Position numbers and translations under genes: made by a program. Under the pieces are notes generated by a model that was not told where the DNA came from, did no database searches, and was given only the letters and a program-made list of their open reading frames with translations. Of a stretch of DNA of 49,916 bases, positions 27,761-44,594 are shown one piece after another. The stretch covers positions 1 to 49,916 of the forward strand of contig CALSCP010001080.1 in the NCBI GenBank assembly GCA_943704425.1, given 5' to 3'. Source of the stretch: Ministeria vibrans ATCC 50519 (Eukaryota; Protista; Filasterea). The first letter of the stretch is position 1. Each line of letters begins with the position of its first letter.

Positions 27761-29069
27761 GGTGTTTTGCTGAAATTTTTCTCTCTACGGTGAATTCCAA
27801 TAGTTCATTCATTGGAGAGAAAATTATGAGAAACTCGTGGGAAAAAAAAAAAAAAAAACTAAAATAAACGAGAAGGCGAATAAAACAAAATCGCACGGGA
27901 CCAGCGGCAAATCGACTGATTGGGGCGTAGTATGGATGGTTAAGGAATAGAGTGGGGCGGCGGAGAGACTGTGCAGTGCACGCAGATTCTTTTTTGAGGC
28001 GAATGTATAAAGAATGTATGAAACATTGTTTGCGAAGAAAGAAAATGCAAAACGGGAGATAAGACGATAAGACTCACAGGAGCACGAGACTAACCTTTAA
28101 AGGTGGGCTTAACACAAAATAGTATCGGTGACAGACTGACAGATGTGTACGAATTCCGAGTGGAAAGAAGAAGAAATGAATGAATTATAATTTCATCAAA
28201 GCAAGAATGAAGAAGGATAAATACAAATTACAAAAAGTTAGTCTAAACAAATAAACGATTAATTTAATTATGTTCTTCTCCGTTGAGTAAACTGTTCACT
28301 TCATTTGAGTGTACTCATTATTCTATGATCCAATATTAATATAAGACGACAAGGCATTAACAATAGACATGGGACTATACATAGGTCATGGGAGACTCAG
28401 GGAGAGGTGACACTCGCCCGTGTCAGCGTAAATTAGTCGTTGCTTTTAGTTTTTTCTTTTTTTCTTCTTTTTGCGGAGAGAGCGGACCTTTTTTTTTTGA
28501 GGGAGGAACATCAGTAATAAATTATATAAAAATGTAGCACCACAGCAAGTCATTGATCGTAGCCAATGCAAGGCAGGTCTTACTTGATAGAGCCGGCGTT
28601 TTCCCAGGCAACCGTATCGAACACATAATAAAAAATAAACCCATTTATTCCCCATTAGAGTTTTACGTTTCACGTACAGTTTTACGACTCTCTGACTCTC
28701 AGAGACGACTCAAATTCTTCGCATTTCAAACCCTAAGTTGTAACTCGATCCGTATAGCGTACTTTGTAAAAGAGACTGGCAGAGGTTACGTTCATACATA
28801 TCAGGTCAAGCCCCTTTCGGCTTACGCTCGTCTCATCGGATAATTGATCGGAATTGAATTGGGCATTGTTGGTGGCATGAACCGTACAGTCTGTCCATAT
28901 GAGTGACACGCCAGTAACACCATTTACACCAAATTACAGACTCAGCAAGTGCGACAGTGCGACGCTGACACGGAAAAAACAAAACAAAACAAAACTTGAT
29001 CACCAAAATTTAATAGTATTATTATTTTCATTTAGACCTATTTTTATTTTTATTGTTTCACTTTCGCTC

Positions 29070-30833
29070 ATGCAACGGTCAGCGTGGCACGCAACGCTTC
29101 TGTTCGCGTGTGTGCTCGTTGCGCATGTGTGTGCCCAGGGTCTGGTGACCGCGACGGCCGCGCCCGACGCCGCAGAGGCTGTCCGTCAGCCCTATCGACA
29201 ATTCGAAGCATCGTTTGCGTCGGACCAGTCATCTCCGGAAAGAGCGACGCTTCGCGCGAGGCGCTCCGGCGATGGCAAACTCCCTGCTGGCGTGTACGTT
29301 GGGGCGGTGCTTGGCGGTGCGGTTGCGGTCGTTTTGCTGTTTCTCCTGTGTTGGTATTTGCAAAAGCGACGCGTCTCTCGCAAACGCATCTCACAGCACC
29401 ACGGCTACGCGGCTGCCTACACCGCCGCCAGCAACACTGGAGAACATCCGTCGCTTGCGGCCAATGCGATTCTGAGCGGCCGCCTTGTCGTAGAACCGCC
29501 GCTGGACGAGAGCGCAGCAGCGACCCCTCCGCCGCCCCACAAAACGTTTACCATACTGCACAATTTGCCGTCGCTCGTGACGCTGCGCAGCCTCTTTGCC
29601 GACATCGAGCAGCAAATGGATGCGCTTGCCATTGAAGAGGCCTGGGAGCGTATGCTGCGCGCCACAGCTCCGGCTGCGGCTGCAGACGATGGAGAGCGCA
29701 ACGAGAGCAGAGTCGCCGCTGACGACGACGACCAGAACGATGACGACGACGACGGCGACGACGCGGGAACGCGTACCTTGGACTTGCGTCACCTTGTGGC
29801 GGATCGTGTGGAGAATGCACCACGGAATCGCGACGCCAACTACGTACCTTACGACTTCAACCGGGTGATGCTAATGGATCCGGTGGCGGCGGCAGCTGCT
29901 GCAGCGCGCGCGACTGCGCCTCCTGCCGAGGAGTTTGCGAGTGCGCCCGAAACAGAGACAGGCTCGGCACTGCTGACGTCTCTGGCCGAGTCACAGGCGG
30001 CAGCATTGGCAGCGGCGGACCAGGCAGAGCGAGCGTACATCAACGCAAGCCACATTGACGGTGCACCAGGCTGTGGCAGCTACATCGTGACACAGGGGCC
30101 AGTGGAGGAGACAGTCAACGATTTTTGGGAGATGGTCTGGGCCCAGCAGATACAGTGTGTGGTGATGCTGACGCGCATTGTTGAGGACGGCGTCGACCTG
30201 TGCTTCAAGTACTGGTCCGATGCGCGCAAGACAGTCTTTGCGTCGCTCGAAGTGCTCAAAGTCGGTCAAAAGAAGTATCACGATTTTGTCGTACGTAGTC
30301 TATAAAATAGATTAATGTTTGTTGCCGACGAAAAAGACTGTTCTCATTTTGTTTGCGTAGGTTCGCAACTTTGTGCTGCGAGACACGCGTACGCGCAAGA
30401 CACGGACCCTGACACACTTCCACTACACTGGACTGGCTCGGAATGAGTTGGGCAGTGCTGTGAGTGAGGCTCAAGAGCTGTCTTTGCGCTCACTGTTGTT
30501 TCGTGTGCGCCACTCGGCGACCACTAGTGCTCCCCTGTTGGTCCATTGTGATGTGGCTGGACGTCGCACCGGTCTCTTTCTGCTATTAGACTCTTTGGTT
30601 CAACAGGTGTGATCGAATCACTTTTCGCCTGCCACCCACTCATGTACTCACACTTTGTTGCTCTATAGGTTAATGCAGGAGCAGACCATGTGAGTCCCAG
30701 TGATGAACTTGTGCGGCTGAGTCGACAGCGCAAGGGACTGTTTGAGTGTCGTGATGACTATGCGGTGGTTCTTTGTGCGTTTGTGGAGGAGCTCAGACAA
30801 GTCAAAGAGCGACTTGTCGGGCCCACAGACTGA
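29070..30833 (+). CDS. Receptor-type protein tyrosine phosphatase-like protein, probable pseudophosphatase
   Basis: Exons 29070-30290, 30361-30606, 30669-30833. Signal peptide, TM helix, RNRD..VPYD..RV, YINASHI, YIVTQGP..TVNDFWEMVW, VVMLT, KYW, VHCDVAGRRTG. Confidence 0.88.
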
Positions 30834-30910
30834 TTCATCATAAAAAATATAATAATAATAATTATTATTATTATGCTAGCGAATGGGTCTCTCTCTTCTC
30901 TGTGTGTGTA

Positions 30911-31528
30911 CTATCGAACAATGAATGGGGCGTATGGATTGCGGGTGAAGTCCTGAAAGTCAGGTAGGAAGGGTGTGGCAAACCACGAGTTGAGGGCCAT
31001 GTGCAACCCATACGACTCGACGCGGTGCAGCCATCCGGACGGGAGGTACAGCTGATCGCCTGGAAAGGAGTGGGGGGTGTCATTGGATATATTTTTTGTC
31101 ATGCGAGTGAGTTAACAATTGTGCTCGTATGTGTGCGGAAATGATGCACTGAGCTAGAGACAATTGCTGTACCGGGATTCAGAAGAAGTTGAGTAGGACG
31201 TGCTTCGAGAAAGAGCGGGAAATCCTCCTCACGAAAGCCTTTGAGGGTCACTCCGGAAAAGTTGTCGTTTTCGACCTGACGGGAAGGGGTAAAGTTGTCA
31301 ATGGTAGCTTCGCCGCCCGGCATGATGTTAAGGAGGAAGCCACGGAAGTAGACGCGGGACATCTCGGCGGGAGAGTACAGCGTGAAACGTTTGCGACCCG
31401 ACAGGACGGTGTACAGGTTGTCGCCTGTGTCGGTGTGGAGGTGCGAAAAGGACGCCGTCTGGGTGTGGAAGATGTGAGAGACAGACAAGAAAGTGAGTGA
31501 GACAAATTAAACCATTAAACCAATTAGC

Positions 31529-31573
<45 letters not shown>

Positions 31574-32282
31574 TGTATGTGTGTCTTTGTGGTGTATGCG
31601 AGCGTGCTGTCTGTCAACTTGATGACATAGCTAAAGTCACACAAACACTCAGACTCACAAAAATTACCTTTTTGCCGCGCACGGTGTCGTTGTAGTCGGG
31701 CCCTACTCCTATCCACGTGTACGAATTGGTAAGAATGAACTTGGTAAAGAACGACGGAGTGTGGTAGTCGGAGGTCAGGTGCGTCAGTGGCTTGTGCAAT
31801 GTAAAGTCCCGTCCGCCTTGCAGGTTCATGTAAAGTCGGTACTTTTGCGACACAAGCGAAATGTCCTCTTCGCGCAACTCGCCCGTTTCCACTTTGTGCC
31901 TCTACGTGCAACCCCGCCCTCCATCAATCAAAATCAAACCACAATGGGGCACACACATAATAATAATAATAATAAAATTAAATAATACATAACTTTGTAT
32001 ATATATATACACAACCCCCCCATCACACACACACTCGTCATACCTCATGAAGGTGCTTGAGAAACTTGCTCATGGGCAGATCAACTTTGTCGGAGGGGGC
32101 ATTCTCCACTGGATCAAAACCAAAGGCGTGCGAGAACCCGCCCGTTTTTCGCTCCAGCTCGACTTCGGCGTCACGAGTCATGTTGGCGACATACTCAATG
32201 TCAAACCATCTGTTGGTGCGCCACTTGAGAATCTTGTCGGCACCTGTAAAATACACAAAGCACACACACACACACACAATGC

Positions 32283-32348
<66 letters not shown>

Positions 32349-32985
32349 ACATACAAAACACACACAAAACACACACAAAACATACACACACCCACCCACA
32401 CACACACATACACATACACACAGAGAGAGAACATATACAAACACACACAACACCAATGTGTGTGAGAGACAATCCAATCCGTTCCGCCGTGTTTACCGCC
32501 TGCGGGTGAGATGATCACCGGCTCACGGCGCTTAATGTAGTGGTCATAGAACCACTCGGTGGACTCGGGCATCTCCGTCAGCACAGTTGGGGTCCAGGGA
32601 ACGCCATTGGCAGCAGGTGGGATCTGCACAGAGAGCAGAAGAGTGTGTCAAAGGCCAAACCGAACCACAAAAACATCGCACTGTTTTTCTTTTCGCTCTC
32701 TGCCGTCACCTGAAACCCCTCATACAGATTGCCGCGCTCGTTGCGAATCTGCTGATGGTAGTGCACATATCCGCCGCGCAGCCGGAGCATTTCCGACGAC
32801 GTAGCGTTGCGTACAGCAATTCCAAAATCGCTTTGGTTGCGCACCAGATCGTACAATGATCTCCGTCCAAACGCACCCACGGCAAACCCCGCAAGCCCCA
32901 TGGCCACAAGCAGTGCTATTCTCAGCAACAGCCCGCTTGGCCTCCACCGCCTCCTCGCCGCACGAGCATCCTTTGTCTGTGGCAT
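30911..32985 (-). CDS. JmjC/cupin-8 2-oxoglutarate Fe(II) oxygenase with N-terminal membrane anchor
   Basis: Multi-exon. YIKRREPVII, HLHTDTGDNLYTVLSGRKRFTLY (HxD), GDQLYLPSGWLHRVES (distal His), ALNSWF; hydrophobic segment LLLRIALLVAMGLAGFAVGAF. Confidence 0.85.
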
Positions 32986-33218
32986 TCGCTATCAATTGAT
33001 CGAATAATATTTTGATTTAGTTTGAACTGTTTGATTCATTTTAATTTTTTGTGCCCTCTAGCCAAAAAAAAAAAAATACCACAACAACAACAACAACAAA
33101 GCAAACCAAAAGCAGACGCGGCTACAATTGCTCGATCAACTTTTGCATGGACGCTGCGACTCGAATTAGGGAAAATGAAAAAAAGCGACTTTCGCAAATC
33201 TCCACGGCATCCTCTGTC

Positions 33219-33903
33219 ATGGAGAGCGACTCGGAGCGTCGCGGGTATCTTCTAAAGCAGGGTGCAGTCGTGAAATCGTGGCGCAGACGTCTTTTTGGTA
33301 CTGAACTGTCGTTTGTCGTTTAATTTTAACCTGTTTTCGTCTGCTTTCCGTTTAGTTCTGACGGATGCGGGCATCTCGTACTACCTGGTGCATGCCAGTC
33401 AAATGGGGTTAACCGTGCGGGCGATCAACCTGGAAAAGGGCGTCAGTCGGAGGGGTAAGCGAGTGCAGACCTAAATCGTATCAACTGCTCATTTTGTGCG
33501 TCTCATTTGCTCAGGTCACATTCCGGCCGAGTCTATTCAGCGGATCATGCTTGATCAGGACATTACTAGTGTGGCCTGGCCTAGCGTCGCTGTAAGCGGA
33601 GGCTCCTGTTTTGCGATTGTGGCCACTTCTCGAACGTACTATTTGGTTGCTCGCTCTGCACAACAGGCACGCGAGTGGTGCAATGCCATTGTTGCCCGCG
33701 TCGGAATCTGCTCGCCCTACGCCAACGTCGCCTTTCCATCCATCTCTACAAGCGGCGGGAACATTGCTGTGGCGTCGCTGGACCACACAAGTTCGCCTGA
33801 GAGCCCACCCGGCGACACAGACCAAGGGTCAGCCACAGGCACAGTGTCAACCACCACAGTGACAGCTGCAGAACCCGCTGAGTCATATGAACCCTCTCTA
33901 TGA
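33219..33903 (+). CDS. Small PH-domain protein
   Basis: Three exons: GYLLKQGAVVKSWRRRLF|VLTDAGISYY...|GHIP...FAIVATSRTYYLVA...EWCNAI. Confidence 0.85.
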
Positions 33904-34048
33904 CGCACACACTCACCCATTCACACTCACGCACCACTTTCCTTTTTGTGTTTTGTTTGTTTGTCATTTTAAAAGCAATAATATTGTACTTCTACCTATC
34001 ATCTCCCTCTTTTTTTTTTTTTTTTTTTTTTTAAAAAAAAAAGCTAAT

Positions 34049-36324
34049 TTACAGGAGAATTGGGTCGCGCAAAAGATCTTCGGGCGACTGCAAAACTCGT
34101 CGAGAGCAAACAGCTTGCAGTATACGTTGATTGACAGGGACGGAAAGGCCCACACGACGGGCATGAGACACGAGAGCACCCGTGATAAATTCAATTTCCG
34201 TGTGGTGCGACGCCGGCAAAGTTGCATGCTTGTCCACCCTGAGCACATCGGCAAGCATCGACGAGGTGTTGTGCTCGGTGGTCTGCAGCACTTGCATGGC
34301 GTTGTCGAGCACCTGAGCGCCAGTTACAGGCACTCCCAGTGCGTGCTCAGCCACCAGTGCACTCTCCTGCGCCACACTGCGCATGACTTGGGCCATGAGC
34401 GAGTTGTGCTCGTACGCACGTGCCAGTGCCCCGTTCTTCATGCGAAAGAGCGCCGTGAGTGGGTTGATGAGCGCATTAACAAGCAATTTAGTCCACTGGC
34501 GCTGCTCCAGCTGAGCGGCAGAAACAATCTGTGTCGAAGGGAGTTGCGAGCGGAGTGCTTCACAGAGTTGTACGAGAGCCCGTTCGCTCTTTGCTGTGCT
34601 TGCGTGGGCTGCGCGTCCAAACGTCACTTCGCTGCGTGCGCTCATGGACACTGTCAATGTACCGGGCGCCGAAAGGAACGCTCCAAAGGAAGCCACTGCG
34701 CCCGATACGGCGCCGCGTTCGACTGCGTCTGAGAGGGTCTTCATGTGACCAAGCCCGTTCTGGAGTGAGATGACTGCTGTGTGCTCGTCTGAGAGTGCGG
34801 CTGCTCGCTCGGCCATGGCTTGGGTCTCGTTTCCCTTGCACGCTACAACGATCACGTCAACTGGGGGCAGTCGTGGGGGGGACAGGGCAGAGACGCGCGC
34901 GTCAAATTCACTTGTGTGCAATACAAGAGAGTGATGCATGCCCGCACTGTTCTTCTGCGTATTGAGTGGTCCGCTCTCGGTCACACACGCTGGCTCTGAA
35001 GTGTCATCAGTCATTTGTACAGTGCGCGTCAGACCCCTCTCGCGCATCTGTACCACATGGTCGTGCCAACCATCGACAAGAAGCAGCTCAGTGGCGGTGG
35101 TAGACGAGCGCGTGAGACACGACGCGACAAATGACCCGACAGCGCCCGAGCCCAAGATGGCCACGCGGAGGGAACTGGATGGTGTGCCCTGACTGCTGTT
35201 GGTGAAGTGAGCACGAGCACTGGTGTGAATACCACGACGGGGAGTAGAAGTGGAAGAAGAGGAGGGTGACACCGCCGCAGGAGTAGTGTGAGCACTGGGA
35301 TTGTTGTTGTTGGGAGGGGGGCATTGTGTACGCGCGTGGAAATCTTTCAGGACGGACGGACTGAGACCGCTGTACTCGTGTTCGGGGAGGGGAAATGAGC
35401 CGGATCGCACCTCTGAGGCATAGGTGCTGACAGCTGAGATCATTTGGGTGTTGAGGTCGGCATAGCGTTTGACAAACTTGGGACGGAAACCATCAAAGAC
35501 GCCCAGAAGATCGTTGATGACAAGCACTTGACCAGAGCAGTGGGGACCCGCCCCAATGCCAATGGTAGGAATATCAAGGCGCTCTGTAATACGTTCGGCA
35601 ACCTGCGAGGGCACTGCTTCAATCACGACGGCAAAACAGCCGGCGTCCTGCAGAGCGAGAGCGTCCTCGAGCACCGCCTCAGCACCCTCCGCCGTCTTGC
35701 CACACACTGCAAAGCCCGTGGTGCTCGAGGCACGCTGCGGCAGCAGACCCACATGGCCCATGACGGGCACACCGGCGTCGACAATGCGACGCACGCTCTC
35801 GGCAATGGTGCGGCCGCCTTCCAGCTTGACCGCGTCCATGCGACCCTCGGCAATGAAGCGCAGTGCCGTGCGCACCGCCTGCCCAGCGTCCACCTCGTAG
35901 CTGCCAAAGGGCAAGTCGCCAATCTTGAAGCGGTGGGGCGAGCCGCGTGCGACGGCGCGACAGTGGTGCAGCATCTCGTCGACGGTGACACTGCGGGTCG
36001 ACGGGTACCCGAGGGCGGTCATGGCCAGCGAGTCGCCCACCAGCACCAGATCAACTTCGGCCCGCTCGCACACCACAGCGGTGGGGTAGTCGTAAGCCGT
36101 CGACATGACAAGCTTCTTCCCTTGCCGATGAATCGCAGCCAATTGGCGCACTGTTGGAGCTGTGCGGCCAAAGTGCAAAATTATTAGTGTATACGTTTAT
36201 GTGTGTGTGAGTGGACTCGATGATCGATGAGCCCATCCGCACTCCCATCGCACGCCATACCTTTGGCATGTGTCGAGTAGCCGCGGCGGGCACCGAGTGC
36301 TAGCCAGCGGTGGACGGAAAGCAT
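34049..36324 (-). CDS. panB-panE: Mitochondrial ketopantoate hydroxymethyltransferase (PanB) fused to ketopantoate reductase (PanE)
   Basis: Exons 36324-36261 (MLSVHRWLALGARRGYSTHAK presequence) and 36159-34049. PanB motifs TAYD, LVGDSL, VKLEGG, GHVGLLPQ, IGIGAG; PanE motifs ILGSGAVG, SLQNG, WTKLLVNALINPLTA, SSMLAD, TEIEFITG. Confidence 0.95.
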
Positions 36325-36977
36325 GTCGATGAAGAGAAAAAAGAGTGAGGAGGAAAGAGAATGCGGCTGATCAGGTGGAGACAGTGCAAGTTGGTCCAAA
36401 GCAAACGAGTTGGCCCAAATCGAAAAATTGTTTTTTCTCTTCTTTTTTTTAGTAATTTAATTGCGCTCGATCCGCTGTACTTTTCGCGTACAGTTGTAGA
36501 GTCAAGCAAGTTACACTGATTGTGAAATGAATGGGGCGCTTTTGATTTATTATAAAGAGTTTTCAACAGTTTCAGTTTGATCCAAAAAGGGTTATTATCA
36601 CTCTTTCGCTTTTGCTCTCTGTTTGGGATTCTGGAAGTGAATTCGAGTTCGATGGACGGGTGAATCCGATGGACTACATGCGATGCACCACCTCCGCAGG
36701 TCCGTGTTGACGTTGACACTGCGCGTCACTGCAAAATTTTATCAATCGGCTCTTGACGGATTCGCATTTCTTCTTCTGCTCATTATCTCGTCAAATCCAC
36801 CACGATCAGCACAATGCTCCTCGTTCCACGTTGGAGAATGCCCGGCGTTCCAACCCGAATGAAGGGTTGGCATCAGCAATTGTCAACATGGTGCGAAAGG
36901 TTGTTGATCAAAAATTCAAAGTGAGTCATAATTGTTGATCTGCCCGCCCATAGTGGTGACCGTTAGGAAGTGCCCAA

Positions 36978-37002
36978 GTGTGTGTGTGTGTGTGTGTGTG
37001 TG

Positions 37003-37056
<54 letters not shown>
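36978..37056. repeat. (GT)n microsatellite
   Basis: Directly visible. Confidence 0.95.
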
Positions 37057-37059
<3 letters not shown>

Positions 37060-37622
37060 CGTCCAGTGTTATTGAGATCGCATTGTGTGATTTGGTTGTC
37101 AATATGCGCACAATTCGACTCAGCCGTTTAAGCCATTATGACTGTTTCCAAGAATTCTTCAAAACATATTTTCCGAATGTCGTTTCATTAAGACTGCACA
37201 GGCGCACCGTTGAGTACTTTTTACCATTCCTTCTGCATTGGGCCACTTCGGCGGAGGCACAATAGACTCGCCCAATATCTCTTTCAGAGACATTAGAGCA
37301 CTGTTTTCACCGACGGTGACCGGCCGGTTTCTCCCTTTCTCCCACTCGAGCACACAAACACGATCGCTCTGTCGCTGGTGACAAACGCGTTGTCATGCGT
37401 ATCGATTCCGACTAACGGCCAAGTGCCTTAACGGACGGTGGGTTCCTGAGAGACGGGCGGTGTGAGTGGCCTACCGAGCGTAAAGTTGAACAAAGCTGTT
37501 TGTAACTTGTTCGTGTTGTCTCTTTTTGCTATAAAATGGGTTCTTGTTGTTGTTCTTCTTCTATACTACATAATAATGTAAAATATGATTGTGGGTGTGC
37601 AGACACATTCACATTGTGAGGA

Positions 37623-42675
<5,053 letters not shown>

Positions 42676-43276
42676 TCTGCAAAATCAAACCAATTAATTG
42701 TTTGACAGTCAAACCTCAAAATTTTGAATGTCGGAATATTTCCATATAAAACGGCAAAGCACACTACGCACCGCAACGACGAGCGTCACACGCCTCCGTT
42801 TCGCACACAACAGCCGCAATTGACTGAGTCATTTTTGCGTTTGACAACAAAACATTTTTTTCTTCGTCCCAAAATCTTCAAAACATGTTTTGAGTCGAAT
42901 TCAGACACAAACGGAGTTTAAAGCGATGGGAGCGTACGGGGATCACAGGTGTATGGCCTTGGACGACAGTGCACACGCACGGGCTCTGTTCGCTGTGCTC
43001 CAAAGGAAAATAGAAAATGAACTGACTCAATTCAGTCGTAACTCATTGACAGATCGGAACGGATCACATAAATTGTAAGGTGATTGTAAGATTAAATGGG
43101 AACGCCCGAAGCAGTCAAATGGCAAGTCAATAGTCAAGTGCCAAGCGGTTAAACTGAGAAAGACTGAAAGAGCGCGTGAAGAGGGCTGAAAGAAGGTTAA
43201 TATTGATATTTGATTATCACTTTTCTTTCCAATCTTCCTTAACTGATTGCAAGACTCGTCCTGTCCACCACCCTCT

Positions 43277-44320
43277 ATGCTGTCCAACAACACTTCTGGC
43301 AGCAGCAGCAACCGGTGTGGGTGGCGAAACGAAGGCGGTTTTGGTGAAGAACTGTGTGAACAAAGGAAACTGTCACTGCGGACTCTCCCTTCGTCCTGCG
43401 CGCCGTGCAAGCGGTGAACGCCACGGGCACGTCGGCCACCGCTGAGAATGTGATCATTGGCAGCACATGGTTTGATGCGACGACGCTCCAAGCGATATTA
43501 AGCGCTGTGGAAAGGGAACAGGTCGACGACCGCAACGGCACAGACGAGTTTGATCTGTGGCGGCGTCGTCTGCTCCATCTACGCCGTGGGCGAGTCGGGC
43601 CTCACGTGTACGTGCCTCAGCGGCTTTCGTGGCAGCGATACAGCGTGTGCGGCGATCGGCCCGTGTGCGGAGGACTCTCTTGCGACGCCAGTGCTACCTG
43701 ACTTGCGACGTGTCCTGGCGAGTAACGCTGTGCTTGTGCCGTCGGCTACGGCGCCCCATCGACTGTCAACAGCAAACTGTGCAGTCCCCATACAGTGATC
43801 AGCAGTAGTGCACTGTTGCGCGTGCACGAGACGAGTGACGCAACCAGCAGTGTCTTTCCCTCTCTGGTGCACACTTTGGCGCTGCTGTGGCACTCCTTGG
43901 CGATGTGAACAATGACACTGTCTCCAACCTGGCAGTGGGTGTGCCGGGCATGAACTCAGGGTCTTTTTGGTGTTTTTGTGTCGCGACAGCACGGTGATGG
44001 GTCAGCAATTGCTATCGTCCACGTCCATTATGTTTGGTGTGTCTATGGCGGGTTTTGGAGACCTTGATGGTGACGGGCTTTTAGACATGGTATTGGGAAG
44101 TCCCAATAAAAACGATGCGGCACTGGTGCTGCTTGCAAAGGACAGAACCGCCCGTGGCGGACAACCAACGTCGTATCCAGCAATCCGAGTATCGTACCCT
44201 CCTTTTTCGTCGACGATCAAGTCGGCGCATCCGTAGCACTCGCTGGCGATTTGTATGGCGACGGACGCGCAGAGTTGATCTTAGGCGTGACGGCCGTGGG
44301 ACGGATCGTGATGCCTTTTT
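43277..44320 (+). pseudogene. Degraded EGF-like plus FG-GAP (integrin-alpha-type propeller) gene relic
   Basis: CTCLSGFRG; FGAAVALLGDVNNDTVSNLAVGVPG; FGVSMAGFGDLDGDGLLDMVLGSP; ALAGDLYGDGRAELILG. These lie in different frames with stops and no convincing introns. Confidence 0.7.
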
Positions 44321-44594
44321 TGTTTATATCTTACGAATAAACATCATGTAATTTGGATGATTTTTTTTTTTTTTGGATTTCACTTTTCACGTTACACGTC
44401 ACACATTAAGCTCAGTCCAGAGCACAACAAAAGAAGAATAAAAGGAAGAAAAGAGAGAGAAAGAAACAGACAAAAAAGGGTAGCACACATCGCACAAGAG
44501 AAGAGAGAGTGTGTGTGTGGGGTGAGAGAGAGGAAGAGACACAGAGTAGTCGAAAAAGAGAGGGTGTGTTATGTGTGTTTGTGTGTGAGAGAAA

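Noticed and set aside
28557-28569. ATCGTAGCCAATG resembling part of U4 snRNA
   Set aside because: U6-pairing stems, kink-turn partner strand and Sm site are not present in the right context.
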